A stretch of 62,926 nucleotides of DNA, the filler included, from Olpidium bornovanus S191 (lineage: Eukaryota; Fungi; Olpidiomycota): NCBI GenBank assembly GCA_017911155.1. It is 30 parts of 30 records of this genome, joined end to end, with 100 filler letters (N's around TTAATTAATTAA, not from the genome) between each part and the next. Parts side by side here need not be neighbours in the genome. Positions count along the whole stretch, not along the records: positions 23,220 to 24,626 come from JAEFCI010008686.1; positions 24,727 to 26,172 come from JAEFCI010005675.1; positions 26,273 to 27,842 come from JAEFCI010001867.1; positions 27,943 to 29,801 come from JAEFCI010000772.1; positions 29,902 to 35,078 come from JAEFCI010009456.1; positions 35,179 to 37,060 come from JAEFCI010011824.1; 24 more parts are not named here. One strand, written 5' to 3'. Under the pieces are notes generated by a model, which was given only the letters and a program-made list of their open reading frames with translations, made no database searches and was not told the origin of the DNA. A program made the translations under genes and the position numbers. Position 1 is the stretch's first letter, and the number at the start of each line of letters is the position of its first letter. This document shows positions 23,220 through 36,478 of this stretch, piece by piece.

Positions 23220-24356
23220 CATGAACGCCGTGCCGCTCACCAGTTCGGAGACATCGTTTTCCTCGTCACTCGCTTTGTCTGCGTCGCTTACGTCAGCCGC
23301 AGGGCCGTCTCCCAAATGTAAACCACTTCGCGTAAGATTCAGCAGCCTCCTTAATTGGGCCAATTGCTTGGTTTGCTCCTGCCAAATATATCATCAGGTG
23401 GGTGTTGATGGCGTGACGGATGAACGGGACATATCTCACATTCGGGTGCGCCGCGCCCACCGCCGCAAGTCAGCAAATCAGGCTACGCCGGACGAACTTG
23501 CCTCCACGGTCTCCTCCAGTTGTTTCACTCGTTCGTCGTTCCGGTCCATAAATCCCCTCAACTTCTCAAAAATGCACGTTTCCAAGTGCAGGCTGAGTCC
23601 TTTGCTGGTACCCTTGTAGTCGCACCCTCTCTCCTTATGCAAACACGACGCCGGGAAGTAACCGCAGTAGTAGTTGACGTGGTTTTCGAGCCCGTCTTTG
23701 CGTAAGATCGCCTCGCAGCCGTAAACTTTGTGAGTGCAGTACACTGGAAGTTCGGAAATCAGTCCGTCGAGGGCAAGGTTCGGATGCAGGTCTTGTGATA
23801 CGCACGGGGCAAGAATGTTACCCGGCTGTTTGCGCCTGTACGGAATTCGACGCAGCGCGACCGTCTTATATGGGACCGAACATAAACAGCCGTGGCAAAG
23901 ATTGATACCTTCACGATCCACACGCTTCCTGCAGAGAGGACAGTGCGGCTCCACCTCCAACGACTGGAGGATGCAAGCGGCACAGTAGGAGTGACTGCAC
24001 CCGCTGGTGATGAGCGGGTCGCGGCAGACATCGTGACAACTGTCGGACGGTCGGCAGCGGCATTGAGCAAAAGGGACTGAGCAAACGACTTTTGACAAAG
24101 CCCGCAAGCCGCAGCGACACCACGTAACGCCGTACACTGGACATAACAACGAAGCGGAAGGCTGACTGACAAAGTCCACGTCCGGCTGCTCGTGCACGGA
24201 GCCCGCCGCCAGGGCCGCGGAGGTCAGCCGCTGGGCGGCGCCGCCGCGGCTGCTGCTGGTTCTGCTCACGCGAGTTGCGTCGGGGTGTCCGTTGAACGCG
24301 AAGGCCTCCGCCGAGAGCAGCAAGGGCGAGGTGGACGAGGCCATGGCGACGACCAT
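23220..24356 (-). CDS. TRAF7: TRAF7-like E3 ligase: RING, TRAF-type Zn fingers and coiled coil (3' partial, spliced)
   Basis: After splicing: DFVSQPSASLLCPVCHDVCRDPLITSGCSHSYCAACI...CPLCR...LISELPVYC...GC...HLETCIFEKLRGFMDRNDERV...EQTKQLAQLRRLL, co-linear with animal TRAF7 as recalled. The WD40 part lies beyond the contig end. Confidence 0.75.
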
Positions 24357-25444
24357 GCGGCCAACCGACGCGCACTGCTCAGTTGGTTTTTTTTCGTTTT
24401 TTTTTTCACGCGGGTGACAGAGAACGACCTGGGCCACTCGGGGGCGGTGTGTCCGATGGCGCTCCCGGCCCCATCGGGATTTTTTTTTTTCCTTTTTTCT
24501 TTTTTTTTTTTTTTTTTTTTCTCCAAAAAACCCCCCCCCCCCCCCCCCCGCCCCGCCCGGGCCGCTTTCGCCACCGTGCCAGGGCACCAGGTGCTGGTTT
24601 CCGGACGAACTAAAAGGCTGGGTCAGNNNNNNNNNNNNNNNNNNNNNNNNNNNNNNNNNNNNNNNNNNNNTTAATTAATTAANNNNNNNNNNNNNNNNNN
24701 NNNNNNNNNNNNNNNNNNNNNNNNNNAAAAAAAAAAGAAAAAAAAATTGTAAAAAAAAAGAAAAAAAAAAAGGCGCAAGTCGTGTCTCCTTGGCCGCAGT
24801 TCTGTCAAACTTCTCGTGTGGGTGCGGGAGTTTCGCACACTTTTTGAGTTTCTCTGCCGCGCTCCACGCCGCGCGAGATATACGGCAACGGGGGGCCGCG
24901 GTGGTCGTCACACGCAGCACTTGGCCGCGCCAGAAAAAAAAAAAAAAAAAAAAAGAAGTCCGAGGAACCGCGGCAGAAGCCGCGATTCCCGCTGGTTTCC
25001 GGCAGACGTTTGGGCGTTTCCGCGCTCTGCGTCGTGCTGCCGGCCGTCGGCGATCGGGCGCCTACTCTCGGAAACGTCACAGCCGGCGGACGTCCGCGTT
25101 CCGCCGGCAAACACGTGGGGTTTCAGGACCAAGTTGGACCGGAAGGGCAGAGGTCTGCGGGCCGCGGCTGTGAGGACCGCGCCTCGTCTGCGGCGGATTG
25201 ATACCCGTCGCGTTCCGAGGAGGCAGCGGAGCACGGCAGCGGTTCAGCGCGTTCAAGCGGTGCACCGCGAGCGTCCGACCGCCCCTGCGCAAATAACCTC
25301 CAGCACCAGCACACCGGCCTTGCCGGGCCGCCGCCGCCGGCTCTGCGGTGCCCGCCTGTTCGGACAACGGCAGCAGGTTCGGTCCGATACCCTCACGCTG
25401 CAACCGGATCTTTAACCGCGGGCCTCGCCGTCGAGGAGCCGCTC

Positions 25445-26172
25445 ATGTCGAAAAGGCCTTTGTCCGAGATCGGCCATGCGCGCCTCAGCGCTGCGGCGAA
25501 CGATCGGCCACGCCGCCCATTGTCCGCCCAGTTCGTAACCCGGACAATGGGCGTCGTTGGCATCCCTACAACGGGTGGCGATCAGCGCTATCCGCTTCCG
25601 AGTTCTCCCGCGGAGCCGCTTTCGCACAGGAGCCACGCTCTGTCACCCGCAGTGCTCGGCAACGACATGACCCTTCGCGTGATGATAAGCGAGGCTCTGC
25701 AGGACGCGTCAAACTTTACAGTTTTCCCAGCGTCCGTCGTCAGCGGTCTGCGTCGGGTGAGGGAAAAGCGTACGTACTTTGCTGCTGACACGCGGCGAAG
25801 TCGCTCACCTGTGGTTACGCTTGCACGGCTTACAGGAATTCCAAGATCTCGCCGAACGCGCCGCCAAACTAGTTCCACAGCTTGCCATGGAGGAGAAGAT
25901 CCGCGAGGCGGCCCGCAATATGATTATCCTCTACCGTGAGAACAGAGTCGCAACGCTGAAAGCGCAGGAGGAGCTGGCGGCGGCAAACGCGAAGGTGGAC
26001 AACTGTGCAACGGAGCTGTGGCACGTTACCAAGCGCAGAATGGAGGTCCAAAAGCATGTACTCGAACACACTGCGGGGGTTCTGTTGCTCGCTGTGGACA
26101 GGATGGGGGCCGCCTGGGAGAAAAGCGTGGCGGCTGCCGCTGCCGATTCGAGGCCCGGAAACTCCGGCGGCC
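25445..26172 (+). CDS. Uds1 (Up-regulated During Septation) domain coiled-coil protein (partial)
   Basis: ISEALQDASNFTVF | EFQDL...EEKIREAARNMIILY...QEELAAANAKVD...ELW...VQKHVLEHTAGVL; the LLEHTA-type motif is typical of the domain. Confidence 0.72.
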
Positions 26173-26272
26173 NNNNNNNNNNNNNNNNNNNNNNNNNNNN
26201 NNNNNNNNNNNNNNNNTTAATTAATTAANNNNNNNNNNNNNNNNNNNNNNNNNNNNNNNNNNNNNNNNNNNN

Positions 26273-26715
26273 CCATGACGTTGATGGCCAGCACGGCTCT
26301 GCGTCCGCCGCGAGAGGCCGCGCCGTCCTCCGCGCGTTGCGAGAGGAACTCAACGGTTGACCGCTATGTTATCCGCTTTCCAAAGCTCGATGGTTATTTC
26401 ACCGGCACCGGTGACTTGTTCGCGGCGTTGCTTCTAGGGCGCTTGCACGAGGAGTTGGCATCGACCGAAGGGGATGATGGGGGCGCCGCCCTCGCCCGTG
26501 CGTGCGAGAAGGTCCTATCCACCATGCAGGTAGTCTTGCGCCGCACTGCTGCTAAGGAACGGCGATACATGGTGGAGTCCGACAGACTACAGGCCCAAGG
26601 GAAGCCGCCCAGCGACCGCATGCGCCACTGCGAGCTTCAACTCATCGCCAGCAGGGACGTCATTGAGAACCCTCCGCCACTGCAGCACACGGCTGTCAGG
26701 GTGACCGACGAGTAA
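26273..26715 (+). CDS. BUD16: Pyridoxal kinase, C-terminal exon (5' partial)
   Basis: IRFPKLDGYFTGTGDLFAALLL (ribokinase-family GTGD motif)...ACEKVLSTMQVVLRRT...ELQLIASRDVIENP. Confidence 0.92.
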
Positions 26716-27999
26716 TGTCCGTTTTAACCCCTTTTTTCCCTCCGCTGGTGGCTCTTTTTCCCTCGTCGTCGAGGGAAACGGCGGGTCTCCGCCGCGCCTG
26801 GGAAAGGGGGAGTCCACGTTGGGCAAAGCGGCGCGGAGTTTGCTGGCGTATTTTAAAAAGTAAAAGATTTTTTATTGCACTAGTTCGCCGGTCCAATTTT
26901 GTCTCCTGGCCCAAACTTTGCGGGCCGCGAACCGTGTCATGTGAGGATCACGTAGAAATTCAACACGCTGTCATGCGACGGAACTCTCGCACAGCATCCA
27001 GCGCAATACGAAACTCGGTTATCGCCGCCGTGGCACGCAGTTCAACGGCAGGAATAGTCCAGCGAAGTGACGCACTTGTGGCTGCGTCGAACTCATGTGA
27101 CGAGCGCGTCATTCTTCGCGTCGTCAACGCCGCTCCCCGTGGCTGTGCGGACCTTGGCATTCCCACTCCGGGCGGCGCAGACGAAGTGGCGACCCCCACC
27201 GGGCGGCCATAGACGTCACTCGTGACACCGCACCACCACGGAGTCAGCTGCCTACCCTGACCAACAACGCGGGACGGCTGGTTGCGTCACGTCGCGCGTG
27301 TCGGGGAGGGGCATCTTTCCGATCCCAAACCCGACGTCAAATCCTGGACGCTACCCGAGCTCCTCGAAATCGCCATGCTGCTCTCAGGGGGTGGTGATGA
27401 TTAGACGCGGTCGACCACACGGTAGATCCAAACCCGTTCAAAGTTACCGCTGGATATTATCCGCTTTTTTCTTTCAGTTCTCCGACGACAAACGTAGATC
27501 TTAACGGGCGCCGACGGCGTTCGTCTTCGGGCAAACTTTCATTCGTATTGAGCCCCGCGTGATTGTCGACGGCGGCGTAGGTTTTGGGGAAGGCACGGGA
27601 CCGTCACGCGCGGCCCCTCGCTCTGCTACCCGCGCGCAAGTCGGGAGCGCAACGGGACGCAAGCGGTAGACGGCCTTTTCGCCCGCGGGGGGCGGCCCGT
27701 CGGCCTCGTCCTGGCAGGCGGGATCGATCGCGGCGCGGGCGTCGGGCACGAGGGAGGCGAGGGCGAGCAGGATCACGGTTCGGCTCCGTCGGAGGAGGGG
27801 GCGGTGTCACCGTCGCAGGAGGCGCCGGCGTCGATCCAGGCGNNNNNNNNNNNNNNNNNNNNNNNNNNNNNNNNNNNNNNNNNNNNTTAATTAATTAANN
27901 NNNNNNNNNNNNNNNNNNNNNNNNNNNNNNNNNNNNNNNNNNAAAAAAAAAAAAAACAAAAAGTGTGACAGCAGCAAGCAATTAGCCAGCAGGTCCGGT

Positions 28000-28749
28000 G
28001 GCGCCCAGCCAAAAAACCCCCGATGTCATCGCCAGACGACTGACTCTTTTTCGCTTCGCCGTTGCTCCACTCCTTGTCGTCCGAATCCGCGTAGTCGCTT
28101 GACCCCTCCTTGTCGTCCGACATGACGTACGGTGACAAACTCCGGCCTGCGGGAGGGCCGCTGACCCTGCGGACAAAAATTGCGAGAGAAACGCGGTGAC
28201 CCGTGTCAGCAGGCTAAACAAGGGTTGCAGGGGCAGAAATCCGCCGCCCTGGCATAAAGAAGCACGTACCGGTGCCGAGCCGTCCGCCCGGGGACCCGGC
28301 TGCTGAGACCCATGCACTTTTCGAGATGCGGTGCGTACCGGCTGGATGTTTGCATCAGGCCGCAGTTTTCGCAGGGAAATTGCTCCGTTTCCGTCGGTCC
28401 ATTGCCAAATATATCAAGAGCAGGCGCAGATACTGCAACGCCAGTCGTCAGAAGCATGAGCTCGTCGTTTCGCGAAACGCTTCATCATAAGGCCTCTACG
28501 GCGCCACCCGCCAAGATTACCAACCGTAATCATCGCAACTTAGGAAAAAAGCAACAGGCCTCTGTTAGTGCCCGGACAGGCAACCACTCTGCGTCGGACA
28601 AAACTGGAACGCACGCAGGACCGCCCGAACCCTCCGTACTTGGTGTCGCATATCTGGCAGACGGCTTTCTTCAGCTTAGCCTCTCGATGCGAGCCGAAGA
28701 CCACTTCGCGAACACACTCGTTAACGAGCAATTCGTAAAGCTCTACTGC
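28000..28749 (-). CDS. SGF11: SAGA deubiquitinase module subunit Sgf11 (spliced, ends uncertain)
   Basis: AVELYELLVNECVREVVFGSHREAK...VCQICDT; DIFGNGP...FPCENCGLMQTSSRYAPHLEKCMG (Sgf11 zinc finger). Confidence 0.88.
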
Positions 28750-30797
28750 CTAGGGCGATCAGGAAGCCGTTGAGATCGCTCGAGGCTTGCTCAACGTTTC
28801 GCTCAATAACGGCAATAACCAACGTTGTACGCCCTCGTAGCGTGTATTGGGGTCATTTCCAGCTCTGTATTCTGGTCCGCGCTGCTGACCCTTTTCAAAT
28901 ACGCAATGGATTCTTTGCAACTTGCAAGCTGCCGCTGCAGGTCCTCTAGTTCTCGGCGGACAGCTCTGAGGTTGCCCACCGGGAAAGGCAGACGGAGAAG
29001 CGCGTTACTTTGGACGAAAATTAAATGTAGACGCTGAAGGCGGAGCTCCCGTCGTCGGCAGAAGGTTCCTGACAGTGGTGAACCTCCCGCGAGCCAAAAG
29101 CGCTGTATAGCGGCGTTACGCGGAATCGCCGGACGGTGCTTTGGGCGCTGGCGCCCGGCATGGCGAAGACCCCTTTTTCAAAGCTTTTCTCACGCACTGC
29201 TCTGCTGTGATCGAAGCGCTCGGCGGGGCGGGAGATAATTGAACACCGCCTGGAACAGGGGCACGGTGGGCCGCCGTCGGGCCGACGTGGCGTTGAGCGG
29301 CTTCCGCGGACATGGCCTACGGTTCGTTTCCCCCTTCACGAGCCACTTTTCGGCTTCTCTGTGCGTCACTCTCCTCTCGGCCGCGTGGGTTGTTGCCGCC
29401 CGGGCAGATTTGGGTTGTTACGGAAGCGATTGGCAAGGCCGCTCTGCCGGCCACGAGCACGGGCAGCTGCCGCACATGCGCAGGAAGTAAAGATGCCGCG
29501 TCGGCACTTCCCCGGCCCAAAGAAACCGTCGGCGTACGAAAACTTTTACGCGGCGGCGCCGTTCTCTTCCACTTCGGAGAGACGCTAGTCACAGCAGCAG
29601 CAGCAGCAGCAGGAATTTTGCCACTGTTGATTATGTTGGACAGTGGCTTCCGGCCCCACAACCCCTCTTCCGCTGCTTCCGTCATGGCTCAGTATTCTCC
29701 TTTTGTAGTCGACAAGGTAACGGTTCCCTGTTCTTGGAGATCAAATAATAGCAGTACCAGTGGCTTTGCAGATTATTCCTGTGATGCCCTTCCATCATCC
29801 GNNNNNNNNNNNNNNNNNNNNNNNNNNNNNNNNNNNNNNNNNNNNTTAATTAATTAANNNNNNNNNNNNNNNNNNNNNNNNNNNNNNNNNNNNNNNNNNN
29901 NCATGTCTCACTGGCACTCAGGCAAGGTTTCTCGTCCCATTCGCCGTTTCCGCTGCGGCCGCTTTTGAACCTCCTGCTGACCGAACCGATTCCGTTCGGA
30001 ACTCCAGAACGTTGTCCCGCTCCCACAAGCGGCTCCTCCGAACAACGTCGACGCCCCTGCTCGCCATCCAGATATAATATCCGGTGTCTGTCCTCCTGTC
30101 GGCCTTCGTTCGTATAGGCAGACGGACAAGCATGCTCAACGGTGTGCCGAACGTTTGGGTAAGCGGGTGATTCACACGCTTTACTTAACTGGTGTAAAAG
30201 GTTTCAAAAGATAAATGACATACACGCCCGGTTTTTGCCCGCCTTCTGGGTTATAGACGCCTAGATCATTACAGACTTTCCTCTGGGAGTTTCCTGGAGA
30301 CGAAGCTCTCCGCGTGAGCAACGCGTTTTTTGTGGGACACAGCGCGCGATTGATTGCGGTTGCTTGCGAACGAGCACCCGAACACTCGGGAAACGCTTGT
30401 CCATTGATCTCGCGCGTCTTTCTACGATTCTGTCTGTTCCAGCCTCTCGAACCGCTGGGCACCTTTGGGTTTCTGAACGAGGCGTCGCCGGCTTTCATTA
30501 ACGTAGGCGCAAAAAGGGGGAGGTGGGGGGGGGGGGGGGGGGGGGGGGGGAAGCCTTACTATGCATCACAGTTTGTCGCGTTTCGCGCAGTGTTGTTCCG
30601 CGTGATCCATATCCGAGGAAACCATTTCCAATCGGGTATTTCTGACGTTCCGTTCTCGACCCCACCGCGCACCCCGCAGGCAATGGTAACGGGCCAGTAA
30701 ATTTTCGCGGCCCGTTCTGCGATCCCGGCGGGGCCCGGCGCCGCAGGGGGCCCCCCCCCCAGAACTGTCGCGGAGCAGGCTCCGAGGCCGGCCCGCG

Positions 30798-31200
30798 ATG
30801 TCACAAAACGTGAGCCCAAAACGTCCTCCATTCCTCCCTCCTTTATTTCGTCGCCTTAACCGTCTCCCGCCCGAAGAAGAAGCGCGCGCGGCCAGCTGAT
30901 CGTTTTTTTTTTGTGCCGCCGCTCGAAAATTCTCCGCCTGCCAAATCAGCGGAACAAGTCGAGGACGCGCCAGCGGCAGCCTGAGGAGGACGCGCCAGCG
31001 GGAGCCTGAGGACTCGCCAACCAAGGGGCGTAAGGAGTACGTCAAGCAGGCGTGCATGACGTGCAAAGCGTCCCACGTTGCTTGCGACGCGGACAGGCCG
31101 TGCCAGCAGTGCGTGAGGCTGGCACGTGCACCAACGTGCAGAAACGTGCACCAACGCCGGGAGGAAGAAGCGCGGAAGGCCATCCCAAAGATGATCCTTA
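30798..31200 (+). pseudogene. Zn(II)2Cys6 transcription factor (Ert1/Rds2/Gsm1-type finger) disrupted by frameshifting duplications
   Basis: ATG 30798, intron 30810-30949, finger ACMTCKASHVACDADRPCQQCVR; the basic tail ETCTNAGRKKRGRP is in another frame; a 25-bp tandem duplication at 30961-31010 causes an early TGA. Confidence 0.7.
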
Positions 31201-31866
31201 TTGTTTTTTCTATTACGTTTCTTTTTTATTAGAATGGAGTTTACCTTCCGCGTAGAGTCGGTTGTCTGGAAACGACGGGAAACGGCCGACGCGTGAGTCG
31301 CGCGCCGCAAAATTTTTCGTCCTCGCCGGGGCTCCGCCTTGGCGGTCCCCCCCTGCGGTTCGATTTGGCCGCCGCAATCAAAAAATCAAAGCCGCAGAGG
31401 GCCAAGACAAGTCACACCTCTTGGAAGCGTGTCGAAACGTATAATCGCCGCCCGCCGTCTGCCGGGCCCAAACGAAAACCCGCAGCGAACAGGCAGTACG
31501 ACCTATAAGCCCGACTTGTTTTCCGAGTCACAAGATAAACCTCGCCGACGTCTTCGTACAATCCGCCTTAACAGCGTCAAACAGAACCTTAGGCACTATG
31601 ACACCCTGGGAACGCCTGCACCGCTCCTTCCGGCGTTCGTTTTGAGATTATCCAATAAGCCGGCGAACTATTTGGCTAGCGTACTTCTATGCCGGTGCAG
31701 ATGTGGCGCCCGTTCTACATCGTGAACAACATGTCGACGACACCGACGAAGACAACCCCGAGTACTCTTGCCACGTCTCACCGGAAATACACAATTTCCA
31801 TGACCTTGCGCACAAAACGGTAATGCGAAACAAAAACATGGGTATACTGGAAAGTCGTCCCGGAGC

Positions 31867-34047
31867 TCATCCCATCTCAACGTCATCCGACGCGTCCTCA
31901 GCGCTTGCGCTATCCTCGCAAAGCGCGGCGACAACCTCATCGCTGACCCTTGCCGCGATATCGGCGATCTGATTGTTCGCACGAAGGCTGAGAGCCCGCA
32001 AACCGGCGGACTCGGAAGCAGCCATGATCTTGCCGACAGTAGACTCGGGCGGCACGGAGAAATCCGAGTGGACGTAGGGCAGGGGGAAAGGCGGATTCAG
32101 CAGAATGGCCCGTGTCGGGCCGGAGGCATGTAATAGGATGGTGGCCTTGAACCGCGCAACTATCTCGGCTGCAGATCGGACAGTCAGGGGTTGTCAACAG
32201 GGACTATCTAGTTGGAGGAGGAATGTCGCACGAGCAATTATGCCTGGACGTACATTTTGGTGCCACTAGAACCGGCAGAGGCTGCATCAGCCCGTGGTTG
32301 ATGCATTCTGGCAGGCCCAATCTCGCGATGCGCTTGTCATTGAAGGCACTGGGCGGCAAGTTGTTGTTAGACATGCACAACGTAAACCATAAATAAGAAT
32401 TCAAATGCTCTACTCACCCAGTCGAGAACGGGAACACCCCAAATCGTTCCCGCACCTCGTTGAACACCTTTCGCGAAGCTTGGAGTTTGAGGTTGTAGCA
32501 CGCGTGCACATCACGTCTGAAGATTGTCGTGTCGCTGATCCCATCCGACGCCTCCTTGAGTGCGCCGGAGGTGGCGGTGGTGACCAGAACGTCTACAACA
32601 TACGCTTCGCCCTCCCGCAGCACCACCATTTCGTCACCATCCGCGTCGCCAACTGTGATGGCGTCTTCGTCTTCGGTGTTCGGCACGGATATCTGCTTCT
32701 TCCCGGCGCCGATGAACCGCCGAATCTGGGTGACCACCGGTCCAAAAACGGGCACGCAACAAAAAAGCGCTGCCGCTTGTCGGATGGCCTTCACGATTTC
32801 CCGCGACTGGGAGATCCGCGCAATGGTCATTGGGGCGCCCGTTCCATTATAACCGGATCATTTCTACTCAAAACGTGAAACTCACGGTCACGCCAGGTGC
32901 GATCGTCCGAAGCGCAGACTGAAATGCGTAGTGTGCAGCGCAAACGGCGTCGGCCCCCCGCCCTACGAAAGTCAAAAGTTAGCGTCGTCATCGACAAAAC
33001 CAAGGCCCTACGCGCGGTGCCCCCGACCTGTTAACGGGTCTGCTGGTCTCTCATTTATTACAATCGTATGCGCGGCTGTCGAGATGTAGCCGTCAATGTG
33101 GACGCCTAGTTCACTGTCACCGTGTCAGAAACCAGGCTCTAGCATAAATAAGTTGGAAAACCTTATATACACAGATGCTATTTGCAAACTCACATTTTAA
33201 CAACATCCCCTTGTGTCAAGACCGTTTTGTCGAGGGACGAGGGCGCAGAGTGTAGTGCCGTTCCATTGACACACACAGTGGTGGGAACCGCAACACCCTT
33301 TTCGATCGCCGAACGCTTGTACACGTTATCTGTCTGGGATCCACGCATTGTGTAGCAGGCAGGAAAGCGTTAAGACGCATTGCGGCAGAAGAGCCCCGGC
33401 ACAGCAAGCAAACCGCCCCTTTTCCATGTTACGCTCAGCAACTTTGGGCAAGATGTCGTCAAACACGTGTTCGGAAAGACTAATTTTTATGCTCCATCAT
33501 CGCGCATCACCCAAGCCGTAGAACAACGAAAGCGGCCCTCCGGGAAATGGGGAATTCCTTTGGTGGAGAAGAGAAGCAAGGCTCACATATGAAAAAATGA
33601 GCTGGTCTCCGAACCGGCAGAGAAGCGACACGTTCACTCCTATAGTCGCTTTCTTAAGCACCCGTTGCAACACGTCGTTGGCGATGGACGCCGCCAGTTG
33701 GTACTTCTCCATGACCTGGGGGTCTTGGAGGTCGTTGTCGGCGTCTGCAGTTGGGGAGTTTGGCAAGCGGTACGAAGAAGATGTCAAAACACCCGGCGTA
33801 CCAACACTAGAGAGCGGAAAGCATACGCTGCAGAAAACCGGGCGTGCCCGTCGGGCAGCGGGCAAAGACCAAACTCCAACTGCGGTCGCGTCGGGCGTTC
33901 TATGCGGCGGCGGGCTTTACAGGTCCCCCTCTTTCCTCCCCCCGCCCCCTTCTTTTCCCGCGCCCCAATCGCGTTCTTCTTCTTTTTCTTCTCACCTGCG
34001 TCGGCAAGCAGCCGGTCGTACAGCTCGACGGAAGCCGGAGCCTCCAT
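31867..34047 (-). CDS. M24-fold ribosome-biogenesis/curved-DNA-binding protein (PA2G4/Cdb4/Arx1 family), apparently complete, multi-exon
   Basis: LQDPQVMEKYQLAASIA...LCRFGDQLI; KGVAVPTTVCVNG...LTQGD; ADAVCAAHYAFQSALRTIAPG; YNLKLQASRKVFNEV...FPF; ARLGLPECINHGLMQP; acidic C-terminus ending at 31867. Confidence 0.85.
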
Positions 34048-35178
34048 GTTACCCTGTGTTTACTTGTTTATTCTTTTTTTTGTTTGTTTTTTTTTCTTTC
34101 TGCGGCGCGGTTGGTAACCGGTGAAAGCAACCGCTGTTTTCCTTTAAAGATTTTTATTTTTTTGTGTTTATTTTTTTTTGGTGTGTTGTTGTTTTTTTTT
34201 GGAAAATTGCGGTCGCTGCGGACGGGAAAGGGGGCAGAGGGGAGGAGAGGGAGGGACGGCGGGCGGCTGCCGGAAACAAAAAAAGAAAAAAAAAAATAAG
34301 AAGGGCCCGGGGGAAGGGGGATAACACTCCAGCAACAGCTGACTTCTTGTGTGTGCCCTGTAAATTCGCCAGGAAATCCGCAAACAGAACATTGCGGGCA
34401 TCAAAAAAGCCAATGAACGCACCTGACGCAGATGCCAGCGTATTCCCATGGCGTTGGGCGGATTCGCAACTGGTGGTCAGTCGGGTCTGAACGGGAACCG
34501 CGGAATTCGTTCCACAGATTCAATTGCTGCGGAATTTCAGGAAAGATTTGTTCCCGGCGGCACCGGGGGGTGGGGCCAATCGGCGATTTGGGAAAAGGGC
34601 GGGAAAAAGCCCAGGTGCCACGTGTAGACCAGGCGCACGCCGGCGTTTTTGGCCACGGGAGAAGGGGGCGGGGGGGGGGAAGTGGGGGCTGCGCGGGCGG
34701 ACGGGGTGTGCGTGTGACACCGCGCGTCAAAAAAAAAAAAAAAAAAAAAAACCAGAAAGGGGGGCGACCCCCCTGGGGCCGGGTCCCGCGGCAGAAACGT
34801 GTTTTTTTTTTTTCTGGGTTTCCCGTTTTTTTTTTTTTTTTTTTCTTTTTTGTCCCCCGGGAGGAGCGCTGCGGGGGAAGACGTGTTTCCCGCTGCTGCG
34901 CGCGTGCGCTCCCTTCCGGGGTTCTCCCGTCTCCGCTTAGAAACCCACCCGGGCGTCGCCCGCGCGCGGATATATTAGGAGGTGGGGGGAAGTGGGGGCT
35001 ACTAGGCTGCTGCGCGGAGGGGTTTTTTTTAAGGGGGGGGGGGGGGGGGGGGGCGGGGTGGGGGGGGCGGGGGGGCGCNNNNNNNNNNNNNNNNNNNNNN
35101 NNNNNNNNNNNNNNNNNNNNNNTTAATTAATTAANNNNNNNNNNNNNNNNNNNNNNNNNNNNNNNNNNNNNNNNNNNN

Positions 35179-36478
<1,300 letters not shown>

